From positions 570,001 to 602,000 of the forward strand of contig CP149973.1 of the NCBI GenBank assembly GCA_029269845.2: 32,000 nucleotides of DNA, given 5' to 3'. Below, piece by piece: positions 7,479 to 15,985 of this stretch. The DNA is from Opitutia bacterium KCR 482 (GTDB taxonomy: Bacteria; Verrucomicrobiota; Verrucomicrobiia; Opitutales; Intestinicryptomonadaceae). The notes under the pieces were generated by a model. The model ran no database searches. It had not been told where the DNA came from and saw only the letters and a program-made list of their open reading frames with translations. The translations under genes were made by a program, and so were the position numbers. The first letter of the stretch is position 1; every line of letters begins with the position of its first letter.

Positions 7479-8762
7479 CTATTTCAGGCGTTGGAGGAGG
7501 CTCGAATAGTGGGCGTCGAGAGACTCCATTTTGCCGAACGCCACGACAACGTCCTTTGCGCGGGCAATCGACTTCTTGTCGTACTCAACATAGGAGCTTC
7601 GGCGCATGAAGTCCACAAGCTGCAAGCCGCCCGAGAACCTGCCCGTGCGCCCCGTCGGAAGCGTGTGGCTCGGCCCCGCGGTGAAGTCGCCGAGAACGGT
7701 CGGGGTGTATTCGCCGACGAGAATCGCGCCCGCCGTCGTGATTTGCGGCACGAGCTTTTCGGGCTGTTCAACCTGCAACTCCATGTGTTCGGGCGCGACG
7801 TAGTTCGCCACTTCGACCGCCGCCGCCAGATTCGGCACAAGCGCGACGTAGCAGCCGTCGGCGATTATCTTTTTGAGCTTCTCCGCGCGGGAGAGCGACG
7901 CCGACAAAATCTCAATCTGTTTGCGAGCGGCTTCGACAACCTTTTTCGAAGTGCACACAAGGAAAATCTTTTCCTTGCCGCTGCCGTGTTCCGCCTGCGA
8001 GAGCAGGTCTGCGGCGATGTAGCGCGGGTTCGCCTTGGCGTCGGCGACAATCAAAACCTCGCTCGGGCCGGGGAGGAGGTCTACGCCGACGTTTCCGAAG
8101 AGCTGGCGTTTCGCCTCTATGACATACGCGTTCCCGGGGCCGAAAAGCTTTTCGACGGGAGCGACGCTTTCTGTGCCGACGCCCATCGCCGCTATTGCCT
8201 GCGCCCCGCCGATTTTGTAGATTTCACGGACGCCCAAAATGCCGAGCACGCAGAGAATGTGCGGGTTTACCAAGCCGTCCTTGGCGGGCGGCGTGCACAC
8301 GCAGATTTCCGGGCAGCCCGCGATTTTCGCAAGAGTCGCAGTCATCACGACTGTCGAGACGAGCGGCGCGCTTCCGCCCGGAATATACAGGCCGACGCGG
8401 CGAATCGGGTAGAAATTTTCGCCGATTTTCGCGCCCTGCGGATTTCTTGCGCGCCAGTTTTTCGGCTTTGTGTGGAGGTGGTAGGCTTTGACGCTTGCAA
8501 TTGCCTCGCGCATGGCGCGTTTGTCCGCCGCCGAAACTATTTTCGCCGCCGCCTTCATTTCCTCTTCCGAAACTTTGAGCGACTTCAATTCGACGCCGTC
8601 GAATTTTTTTGTGTAGGCGAGAACCGCCCTGTCGCCGTTCGCCCGAACGTCGGCGATTACCGACGCCACGGCGTCCTTTGCCTCCTGCGGGAGGCTTGCC
8701 GACTCGCACGCCTTTTTCAACTCTTCGGCGAATGTCGCCGACTTGTATTCCAAAATCTTCAT
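7479..8762 (-). CDS. hisD: histidinol dehydrogenase
   Basis: The product is 427 aa and carries GPGNAYV, LLSQAEHGSGKE, NYVAPEHMELQV and AGPSHTLPT motifs. Confidence 0.93.
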   Translation of the reverse strand: MKILEYKSATFAEELKKACESASLPQEAKDAVASVIADVRANGDRAVLAYTKKFDGVELKSLKVSEEEMKAAAKIVSAADKRAMREAIASVKAYHLHTKPKNWRARNPQGAKIGENFYPIRRVGLYIPGGSAPLVSTVVMTATLAKIAGCPEICVCTPPAKDGLVNPHILCVLGILGVREIYKIGGAQAIAAMGVGTESVAPVEKLFGPGNAYVIEAKRQLFGNVGVDLLPGPSEVLIVADAKANPRYIAADLLSQAEHGSGKEKIFLVCTSKKVVEAARKQIEILSASLSRAEKLKKIIADGCYVALVPNLAAAVEVANYVAPEHMELQVEQPEKLVPQITTAGAILVGEYTPTVLGDFTAGPSHTLPTGRTGRFSGGLQLVDFMRRSSYVEYDKKSIARAKDVVVAFGKMESLDAHYSSLLQRLK

Positions 8763-8797
8763 GTCTAAAATATCTTAAAAAATTCCCCCCAAATCAA

Positions 8798-8832
8798 GAA
8801 TAATAAAAGACCCGCGCGGAGGAAAGGCGCGG
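8798..8832 (-). terminator. intrinsic terminator downstream of polB (read on the minus strand)
   Basis: The stem is CCGCGC (8812-8817) / GCGCGG (8827-8832) with a 9-nt loop. On the minus strand it is followed by TCTTTTATTATT (complement of 8800-8811). Confidence 0.55.
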
Positions 8833-8923
8833 AATGCGCAGTCGGCAAAGGCTCGGCGGCGGAACGCCCCGCGAACGGCGTGAACAAAGGCGCGGCGCGA
8901 CGAATCAGGCGGAGGCAGTGAGC

Positions 8924-11107
8924 TTAGAACAGCTCGCCCTGCCCGACGGCTTCTCCGAAGATGTCGGCGAAGCGTTCGCGCCAGTCGTCGATTTTCGACA
9001 CATAGTAGTCGGCATCGTAGGGCGCGCTTGCGGGGTCGTACGCGGAAATCGGGCGGGCGCGTTTCCAGTCGGGGTCTTTCGGCGAAGCACCGCGCGCCAT
9101 GTAGTAGAGAACCTTGTCGCCCGCGTCGGGTCTGGGGTTCATCATGAGGGCGGCTTCCAGAGCCGCGCGGCGTCCGCGCCCCGTCTTTGCGATGTCGGCG
9201 GAATACTGCGCGGGCGACTTGCCTATATACTCGCCCTTCGCCAAATCTTCGATAGGCGCATTCCCCGAAAGAATCAGGTTTTTTGCGCGTTCTATTTCGC
9301 GCGGCAATTCGCCGTCGCGCCCGAACAGCTTGTCGGCAATCATAGCCTCCGTAAGCTTGCGCAGGAACGGCTCGGTCGCCCTGTTCCTGAATGCCGAGCC
9401 GCGCACGGCGATGTTTCCGTCCCGCAAAAGCGCGTAGTTTTTCGCCTTGTAGCAGAGCATGGCGTCGAATTTTCCGTCGAACTCCAAGTCCACGCCGTCG
9501 GGCAGAACGGCGTCGGCGGCTTCAAGAAGTTCGAGAGGCCTGCCGAAATATTTTTCGGAGGAAATGTAGATGCCGTCGGTATCCGCCTCCAAAACGGTGC
9601 AACCCGCCGACTTGAAAAAGTCCACAAGCTTTACGAGAAGCCCGCGCCCCGCTGCGGTGATTTCCGCCGCAAGAGAGGAGTCGCCGAATGCGGCGGTCGA
9701 AAGGCCGAGGTATCCGTAAAACGAGTTGATGAGGATTTTAAAGCTTTTCTGGCGGGCGTCGTACTCGCGCCGCAGCGATTCGTCGGCGGTTTCGCGGGCG
9801 AGCTTTTTGTATTTCAGGCGGTATTCGCGGAGCGAGCGCAGCTCGTCCAAAAACACGCCGAGATAGTCGTTGCGCGGGCATTTGCCAAGCACGAGCATAA
9901 GGCTCGGATACAGCGAGGCAACGTCGTAGTGGAGCACGTTTTTGAAAACGCCCGTCTCGAAAGACTCCGACAGCGCGCCCTCTATGTAGCCGCCCGACGA
10001 CGGCAGCGGAATCGCCGCCCGCGCCGCAAAATACCTTTCCAAAAACACGCTCTCAACCTTCATGCCCGAACCGCGCAGAAGACACTCCTGCAATGTCATC
10101 GGGAAGTTCGAAACCTGCGCGACGTATGTGGGCAAAAGCTTTGCGGCAAGACCCGCGGTCTCTCGAAGATCGTCGGAAAGGTAGGCGCGGAAAGTCTTTC
10201 TGTCGGTCTTGAACACTTCGCCGATGTCGCCGCCGCGAATGTATGTGCGCGTGGATTTGTCGCTTATGCCGAAGTGTATTGCCGACTCTTTTAGCGTGTA
10301 CGAAACCATTTCGCGCGCTCCGATGTCGTAGAGCTGGACGAGCGGAAGGGTGTCGACAACAGTCCGCCCCGCGATGTCGCAGCGCGTGTAGGCGAAAGTG
10401 CGCTCGGCAATCGTGAGCCTGCTTTTGCGGAACGCGACGCTCCCGCCGAAACGCCCCCAGCCGAGCGGAATTTTCAGCCGCTTGGAACGCTCGGCGATGT
10501 AGGGAATGTCGAACTTGAAAATGTTGTGCCCCTCGATTGTGTCGGGGTCGCGGGCGAGAATTTCGGCGCGGAGGGTTTCGAGAAGTTTGCGCTCGGCGTC
10601 GTCGGTGAAGTCCTCCAACTCGATGATTTTTTCGCCGCCCCCGCCCGAAATTCCGACGGCGATTATCCTGTCGCCCGCGCGGGACGCCGACGGAAAGCCG
10701 CCGCCCTCGCAGACAACTTCGATGTCAAGCTGCATGCGGCGCAGGTCTGAAAAGCGCATTCCCGCAAACATGCGCAGCCCGCGGGCGGTCAGGAACTGGT
10801 TTTCCACGCACGAGATTCTGTCGGACGGCAGGGACTTGTCGCGCGACTTGAAATACTTGTCCATGTCGGCGACGGACTCGAAGAACAGCAGCGAGTCGAG
10901 CGGCGTCGGCGGCACTCCGCCCGCGGGGCGCGAGAGAAGCTCCGCGCTTGCGTAGGCGCATTCCGCGCCCGACGCCGACCACATGAACGGGTCGAACTTA
11001 ACGCACGCGTTGCGCCGCTCGCCCGATTCGTCGCGCAGGCAGAGGCGCACGTTTGCGCCGTCGCACCAAAGCCCGCAGATTGATTCCCTAATTTCTTCGT
11101 CCGCCAT
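8924..11107 (-). CDS. polB: family B DNA polymerase (Pol II-like), with exonuclease and polymerase motifs intact
   Basis: Exo I is LDIEV (D at ~10726). Exo II is NIFKFDIPYI. Exo III is YLSDD. Pol motif A is YDVASLYPS, motif B is KILINSFYGYLG, motif C is EADTDGIYI, and KNY is present. I chose the ATG at 11107 (MADEEIRES...). The ORF-track start at 11182 is a TTG that would overlap the divergent adk gene. Confidence 0.88.
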   Translation of the reverse strand: MADEEIRESICGLWCDGANVRLCLRDESGERRNACVKFDPFMWSASGAECAYASAELLSRPAGGVPPTPLDSLLFFESVADMDKYFKSRDKSLPSDRISCVENQFLTARGLRMFAGMRFSDLRRMQLDIEVVCEGGGFPSASRAGDRIIAVGISGGGGEKIIELEDFTDDAERKLLETLRAEILARDPDTIEGHNIFKFDIPYIAERSKRLKIPLGWGRFGGSVAFRKSRLTIAERTFAYTRCDIAGRTVVDTLPLVQLYDIGAREMVSYTLKESAIHFGISDKSTRTYIRGGDIGEVFKTDRKTFRAYLSDDLRETAGLAAKLLPTYVAQVSNFPMTLQECLLRGSGMKVESVFLERYFAARAAIPLPSSGGYIEGALSESFETGVFKNVLHYDVASLYPSLMLVLGKCPRNDYLGVFLDELRSLREYRLKYKKLARETADESLRREYDARQKSFKILINSFYGYLGLSTAAFGDSSLAAEITAAGRGLLVKLVDFFKSAGCTVLEADTDGIYISSEKYFGRPLELLEAADAVLPDGVDLEFDGKFDAMLCYKAKNYALLRDGNIAVRGSAFRNRATEPFLRKLTEAMIADKLFGRDGELPREIERAKNLILSGNAPIEDLAKGEYIGKSPAQYSADIAKTGRGRRAALEAALMMNPRPDAGDKVLYYMARGASPKDPDWKRARPISAYDPASAPYDADYYVSKIDDWRERFADIFGEAVGQGELF

Positions 11108-11169
11108 GCCGAAAATGCTTGCCGATTCCGCGAATGTTTTCAAACTTATAAATCTTATTTCGACAAAAA

Positions 11170-11838
11170 ATGAAGAAAGCAAACCTCATAATGTTGGGCG
11201 CACCGGGCAGCGGCAAAGGAACGCGCGCGGTCGCCATCTGCGAAGTTCTGGGTATTGTGCAGGTCGCAACGGGCGACCTCTTCCGCAATAACCTCAAAAA
11301 CGGCACTCCCCTCGGCAAGCTCGCAAAATCCTACATGGACAAGGGCGAACTCGTACCCGACGACGTAACTGCGGCGATGGTAAAAGACCGCCTCATGCAG
11401 CCCGACACCGAAAAGGGCTTTGTGCTCGACGGCTTCCCGCGCACAATCAAACAGGCGGAAATGCTCGACAAAATGCTAGCGGAAATGGGTCGCGAAATCG
11501 CGGCGGTCGTCTACCTCGACGTTCCCGACGAGGAAATCGTGAAGAGAATTTCGGGCAGAATGGTTTGCGAAAAGTGCCAAGCGCCCTACCACAAAGTTTT
11601 CACACCCCCGAAAGTCGAGGGCGTATGCGACAAATGCGGCGGCAAACTCTACACGCGCGACGACGACAAACCCGAAACCGTCAAGAAACGCCTCGACGTG
11701 TTCCGCTCCACGACTCTCCCGCTCGTAGACTTCTACTCGAAGAAAGGGCTTATCGTCCCGATTCCGCCCGAACTCTCAAAGGCGGGCGCAATCGCAGACA
11801 TGACCGACCTCTGCAAGGAACTCGGACTGCTTAAATAA
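11170..11838 (+). CDS. adk: adenylate kinase (long form with a four-Cys zinc lid)
   Basis: The P-loop is GAPGSGKGT, and DGFPRT is present. The lid carries CEKC...CDKC. The product is 222 aa. Confidence 0.93.
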   Translation: MKKANLIMLGAPGSGKGTRAVAICEVLGIVQVATGDLFRNNLKNGTPLGKLAKSYMDKGELVPDDVTAAMVKDRLMQPDTEKGFVLDGFPRTIKQAEMLDKMLAEMGREIAAVVYLDVPDEEIVKRISGRMVCEKCQAPYHKVFTPPKVEGVCDKCGGKLYTRDDDKPETVKKRLDVFRSTTLPLVDFYSKKGLIVPIPPELSKAGAIADMTDLCKELGLLK

Positions 11839-11840
11839 CG

Positions 11841-12737
11841 ATGCGCGTTTTTTTCATAGGCGACATCGTAGGCAAACCGGGCAGGAAAATCCTCACCGAA
11901 AACCTCCCCTCAATCAGGGAGAGGCTCGGCGTGGACTTCGTAATCGCCAACGGCGAAAACTCCGCGGGCGGCAACGGCATAACAAAAAACATGGCGGAAG
12001 AGCTGTACCGCGCGGGTATCGACGTGATTACGCTCGGCGACCATATTTGGGACCAACGCTGCTTCGAGGGCGAAATAGCCTCAATCGACAGGCTATGCCG
12101 CCCCGCGAACGTGCCGCACAGCAACCCCGGGCGCGACTTTGTCGTGGTCGAAAAAAACGGAATGAAACTTGGCGTGTTCAGCCTGCTGGGGCAGACTCTG
12201 ATGAAAATAAAGTCGGACTGCCCGTTTGCGGCGGCGTCGCGCATGTACGATAAAGTCGCGCCGCTTTGCGACGCCGTGTTCCTCGACTTCCACGCGGAAA
12301 CGACCTCCGAAAAGGTCTCCATGGCGTGGCATCTCGACGGCAGGGCGCAGGCGGTCGTGGGAACGCACACGCACATTCCCACAAACGACGCCCGCATTTT
12401 CCCCAAGGGGCTTGCGTTCCTGTCGGACGCCGGCATGACCGGCCCGTGGCACTCGTGCCTCGGCCGCAAGTGGGAGCCGATTCTCCAAAAGTTCATCGAC
12501 GGACGCCCGCGCCCGTTCGTAATGGCAGAGGGCGACGACAGAATCTGCGCGGTAATCATCGACATCGATACCGAAAAGAAACGCGCGGTGTTCGTCGAGC
12601 CGTTCATCTACCCGCCCTTCCCGAACTCCGCCGAACTTTGGCAAAAAGCAAAAGAGGCCGAAGCCGCGGAACGCGCCGCGAAAGAGGCTGCAAAGGCGGC
12701 GGCGGAAGCCCCGGCGAACGACGCCGAACAAAAATAG
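11841..12737 (+). CDS. ymdB: YmdB-family metallophosphoesterase (TIGR00282-type 2',3'-cyclic-nucleotide phosphodiesterase) with an Ala/Glu/Lys-rich C-terminal tail
   Basis: The start lies 2 nt after the adk stop. Motifs present are FIGDIVGKPGR, ANGENSAGGNGIT, LGDHIWD, DFHAETTSEK and GTHTHIPTND. The tail is AELWQKAKEAEAAERAAKEAAKAAAEAPANDAEQK. Confidence 0.85.
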   Translation: MRVFFIGDIVGKPGRKILTENLPSIRERLGVDFVIANGENSAGGNGITKNMAEELYRAGIDVITLGDHIWDQRCFEGEIASIDRLCRPANVPHSNPGRDFVVVEKNGMKLGVFSLLGQTLMKIKSDCPFAAASRMYDKVAPLCDAVFLDFHAETTSEKVSMAWHLDGRAQAVVGTHTHIPTNDARIFPKGLAFLSDAGMTGPWHSCLGRKWEPILQKFIDGRPRPFVMAEGDDRICAVIIDIDTEKKRAVFVEPFIYPPFPNSAELWQKAKEAEAAERAAKEAAKAAAEAPANDAEQK

Positions 12738-12753
12738 CGCAAGCGCAAAAAGC

Positions 12754-12818
12754 AAAAATCCGCGCTCCGAAACAGAACCGCCCGATTGGAACGGAAAATC
12801 CGGAGGGCGGATTTTTTT
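12754..12818 (+). terminator. intrinsic terminator after ymdB (alternative short or long stems ending in GGGCGG + T7)
   Basis: ATCCGCGCTCCG (12758-12769) pairs with CGGAGGGCGGAT (12801-12812) with one mismatch. Alternatively, CCGCCC (12778-12783) pairs with GGGCGG (12805-12810). Either stem is followed by T7 (12812-18). Confidence 0.6.
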
Positions 12819-12861
12819 GCGCCCGCGCGTTTTTTAGAAAAGCCAGACCGAAAAACCGCAT

Positions 12862-12908
12862 GCGAAAAAAATCGGCGCGTACCGATTTTGAGCGGCGCGC
12901 GCCGATTT
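12862..12908 (-). terminator. intrinsic terminator for the EEP-family gene (minus strand)
   Basis: An 11-bp inverted repeat, AAATCGGCGCG (12869-12879) / CGCGCCGATTT (12898-12908), has an 18-nt loop. On the minus strand the 3' arm runs into a T7 tract. Confidence 0.65.
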
Positions 12909-12920
12909 GTTTACGCGGAT

Positions 12921-13835
12921 TTATTTCAATAAAACTTTCGCGGAAATCGGATAGTGGTCCGACGGCACAAGTCCGTCAACATGGTCGGTGTATGTGCCGA
13001 AATTCAGGACGTCCACGTCGTTGGAAACGTAGATGAAATCTATCGGCATATCGCCCGCCGAAATGTTTTTGTAGTTGTTGAACGTGGAGCGCGTTGTGCC
13101 GTAGGGCTTGGAAAGGGAATTTTCGCGGGCGTCCTTTGCGATTGCGCTACCGCGCATGACAAGCGACGCGGGCTGGTTGCGCGTTTCGTTGAAGTCGCCC
13201 GAAACGAAGAACGTGCCTTTGCCCGCAATTTCGCGGATTTTTTTCACGAGCAGTTCGGCGGACGGCTTGTGCCATTCGGCGTATTTTTCCACGCAAAGGT
13301 GTATGTTGAAAAAGTTGAACTCTCGCCCAGACTCCATGTGGCGGAATTTAGCCCAAACGCAGGAGCGTATGGAATCGAACTGCTTGCCGAAGCCGCGTTC
13401 CGCCTTGTCGGGCGTTTCGGAAAAATAGAACTTGCCCGAATCAAGAAGCTCGAACTTGTCGCGCCGATAGAAAATTGGGTTGTTCATGTTGCGCAGCATA
13501 TTGTCGATATTTTTCGCCGCGGATTTTACGGAAACTTCGGCGAGGGTCAGGTTGCGGACAATCTGCCCCGCGACGGCGTATTTGTCGGACTGCGCGGCAA
13601 GATAGTCAATCTGAAAGCCCATCGGCTCCTGCATTCCGACGATGTCGAAACCGTGGAATTCCACAAGAGGCATTATGAGATTTTTGCGGGCGTTCCACCT
13701 AACGACGTCGGAGGGGTCTTTGCAAAAACCGACGTTAAAACTCGCCACGGTGAACTCGGCGGGCTTCGGAGCTTCGACGCTTCCGCAGCCGAAAAGCAGC
13801 AGAAACAGCGGGGAAATTAAACACAAAACTTTCAT
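12921..13835 (-). CDS. endonuclease/exonuclease/phosphatase (EEP) family lipoprotein
   Basis: The ATG at 13835 gives MKVLCLISPLFLLLFGC (lipobox LFGC). EEP-type blocks are present: TVASFNV, GMQE, GDFN, and the C-terminal PSDHYPISA. The ORF-track start at 13871 is a TTG 12 codons upstream. Confidence 0.82.
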   Translation of the reverse strand: MKVLCLISPLFLLLFGCGSVEAPKPAEFTVASFNVGFCKDPSDVVRWNARKNLIMPLVEFHGFDIVGMQEPMGFQIDYLAAQSDKYAVAGQIVRNLTLAEVSVKSAAKNIDNMLRNMNNPIFYRRDKFELLDSGKFYFSETPDKAERGFGKQFDSIRSCVWAKFRHMESGREFNFFNIHLCVEKYAEWHKPSAELLVKKIREIAGKGTFFVSGDFNETRNQPASLVMRGSAIAKDARENSLSKPYGTTRSTFNNYKNISAGDMPIDFIYVSNDVDVLNFGTYTDHVDGLVPSDHYPISAKVLLK

Positions 13836-13995
13836 CGCAAACGATATTCCAACACAAGATAAACAAGTCAAACAAAATACCCAACGGAAATCGGCGCGGA
13901 TTTTTCATTTTGCGCTTGCAAAAATCGGCGTTTGGACAAATCATCGCGCCATTCGCAAATGCGCGAAACGAATTTAAAACAATACAAAATATATT

Positions 13996-15270
13996 ATGGA
14001 TTCTCTTTTGATTAAAGGCGGCTCGCACCTCGAAGGCGAGGTCTCCGTGGCGGGCGCAAAAAACGCGTGTCTGCCGATTTTTGCGGCAACCCTTCTCACC
14101 GACCAGAAATGCGTTCTCAAAAACGTGCCCGACCTCTCCGACGTGCGCTTCATGGCGGAAATCGTCGCGGCGATGGGCGCGGAGGTCTCGAACCCCGCAA
14201 AGGGCGTCTGGGAAATTCAGGCAAAGAACATTTCGCACGTCGCGCCCTACGAGCTTGTCAGAAAAATGCGGGCAAGCATCTGCCTGCTGGGGCCGCTCAC
14301 CGCAAGACTGCGCAAGGCGGAAGTGTCGCTCCCCGGAGGCTGCGTCATCGGCGCAAGACCCGTAGACCTGCACATCAAGGGGCTTCGCGCGCTCGGCTGC
14401 AACGTGGAAATCGACAGGGGCTTCATCTGCGTGGACGCCCGCAAAATGCGCGGGGCGCAAATGTATCTGGGCGGACGCTTCGGCAGCACGGTAACGGGAA
14501 CGGCCAACATCATCATGGCGGCGGTGCTCGCGCCCGGAACTACGGTGATTGAAAACGCCGCGTGCGAACCCGAAGTCGCCGACATGTGCAAAATGCTCAC
14601 GGGCATGGGCGCAATCATAGACGGAGCGGGGTCGCCGACGGTCACGATTACGGGAGTGCCCAAACTCGGCGGAACGGAGCACAGCGTCTTGCCCGACAGA
14701 ATCGAAGCGGGCACTTGGATTGCCCTCGCCGCGGCGGCAAAGGGCAAGGTGCTCGTAAAGGGAGCGCAGAAAAAATATTTGGGGTCGTTCCTCGACATTC
14801 TCGAACGCGCGGAGTGCCCGTTCGAAATCAAAAGCCCGTCGTCGATATACGTAGACGCGTCGAAAATCAAACTCAAACCCGTGGAATGCACGACACTCCC
14901 CTACCCGGGCTTCCCAACCGACTTGCAGGCGCAGCTCTGCGCCCTCATGACGCAGGCGGACGGAATTTCGGTAATCACCGAACGCATCTACCCCGAACGC
15001 TTCATGCACGTCCCCGAACTCTGCCGAATGGGCGCGAACATCGTAAGGGAAGGCCCGAGCGCAATCATCAGCGGAAAGACGAGGCTTTCGGGCGCGCCCG
15101 TGATGGCGTCCGACCTTAGGGCGAGCGCGGCTCTCGTGATAGCGGCTCTTGCGGCAAAGGGCGAGACGCTCGTCAGCCGCATATACCACCTCGACAGAGG
15201 CTACGACTCGATAGACAAAAAGCTCGTGTCGCTGGGCGCAAAAGTGGAGCGCATAAAAAATTCGGACTGA
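13996..15270 (+). CDS. murA: UDP-N-acetylglucosamine 1-carboxyvinyltransferase
   Basis: The N-terminus is MDSLLIKGGSHLEGEVSVAGAKNACLPI. The active-site loop LPGGCVIGARPVDLH carries the catalytic Cys. The product is 424 aa. Confidence 0.94.
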   Translation: MDSLLIKGGSHLEGEVSVAGAKNACLPIFAATLLTDQKCVLKNVPDLSDVRFMAEIVAAMGAEVSNPAKGVWEIQAKNISHVAPYELVRKMRASICLLGPLTARLRKAEVSLPGGCVIGARPVDLHIKGLRALGCNVEIDRGFICVDARKMRGAQMYLGGRFGSTVTGTANIIMAAVLAPGTTVIENAACEPEVADMCKMLTGMGAIIDGAGSPTVTITGVPKLGGTEHSVLPDRIEAGTWIALAAAAKGKVLVKGAQKKYLGSFLDILERAECPFEIKSPSSIYVDASKIKLKPVECTTLPYPGFPTDLQAQLCALMTQADGISVITERIYPERFMHVPELCRMGANIVREGPSAIISGKTRLSGAPVMASDLRASAALVIAALAAKGETLVSRIYHLDRGYDSIDKKLVSLGAKVERIKNSD

Positions 15271-15351
15271 TACTATTAAAAGATTGAAGTTTTTAGAGGA
15301 CTCCGCTTTACTTGTCGGAAGTCAACAAAAAATATACCGATATATAAATTA

Positions 15352-15981
15352 ATGGCAACAAACATACCTTACAGGGGCGGAGACAGACGCAATTTCAAGG
15401 GCGGCAAAAACTTCGGCCCGAGAAGAAACGAAAGAATAAGAGCGCCGAAAATCAGGGTGATTGGACCCGACGGCGCAATGCTCGGAATCATGTCGCCCTA
15501 CGACGCGCTCGCGATTGCCCGCCGCGCGGGGCTTGACCTGCTTGAAGTGTCCCCCAACGCCGAACCGCCCGTTTGCCGCATTCTCGACTACGGCAAATAC
15601 ATGTACGAGGAGGCTAAAAAGCAGAAGTCGCACAAGACCGTGGCAGTTAAAGTCAAGGAGATTAAACTCCGCCCCATGATTGAGCAGAACGACTTCATGA
15701 CGAAAATCCGCAACGCCGAAAAATTCCTCTTTCAGGGCAACAAGCTCAAAATCACCCTGATGATGAGGGGGCGCGAAATGGAATTTAAAGACAAGGCTTT
15801 CGACGCCGTTAAACGCGCCCTCGCGGAACTTTCGCATATGGGGCACCCCGACGCCGAACCCAAACTCATGGGGCGCAACATAAGCGTCTCGATGTCGCCC
15901 GTTCCGCAAAAGCAGCGCAAGCTGAAATATTCGGGCGAAAACGACGAAGTCGCCGAGGACGACTCCGACTCGGAAGAATAG
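15352..15981 (+). CDS. infC: translation initiation factor IF-3 (with a basic N-terminal and an acidic C-terminal extension)
   Basis: The sequence IRAPKIRVIGPDGAMLGIMSPYDALAIARRAGLDLLEVSPNAEPPVCRILDYGKY is diagnostic for IF-3. The ATG at 15352 is the first ATG in an ORF open from 15280. The acidic tail is ENDEVAEDDSDSEE. Confidence 0.9.
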   Translation: MATNIPYRGGDRRNFKGGKNFGPRRNERIRAPKIRVIGPDGAMLGIMSPYDALAIARRAGLDLLEVSPNAEPPVCRILDYGKYMYEEAKKQKSHKTVAVKVKEIKLRPMIEQNDFMTKIRNAEKFLFQGNKLKITLMMRGREMEFKDKAFDAVKRALAELSHMGHPDAEPKLMGRNISVSMSPVPQKQRKLKYSGENDEVAEDDSDSEE

Positions 15982-15985
15982 CAAA

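Noticed and set aside
8763-11169. I considered polB as part of a pipolin, casposon or other self-replicating mobile element.
   Set aside because: The flanks are hisD and adk, separated by ordinary terminator and promoter spacers. No integrase, Cas1, terminal inverted repeats or att-like repeats are visible within the window.
11108-11169. I looked for an SOS (LexA) operator upstream of polB. The nearest candidate is GAAAACATTC on the minus strand.
   Set aside because: It does not fit CTGT-N8-ACAG or GAAC-N4-GTTC spacing. It is too short and is not palindromic.
11108-11182. The ORF-track maximal starts use TTG or GTG: 11182 for polB, 13871 for the EEP gene, 23391 for the rlmD-like gene and 31949 for the GH99-like gene.
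   Set aside because: Downstream ATG codons give sensible N-termini (a lipoprotein signal at 13835; MADEE at 11107) and avoid overlap with divergent genes. At 31949 the frame remains open to the window edge, so the GTG is an internal valine.
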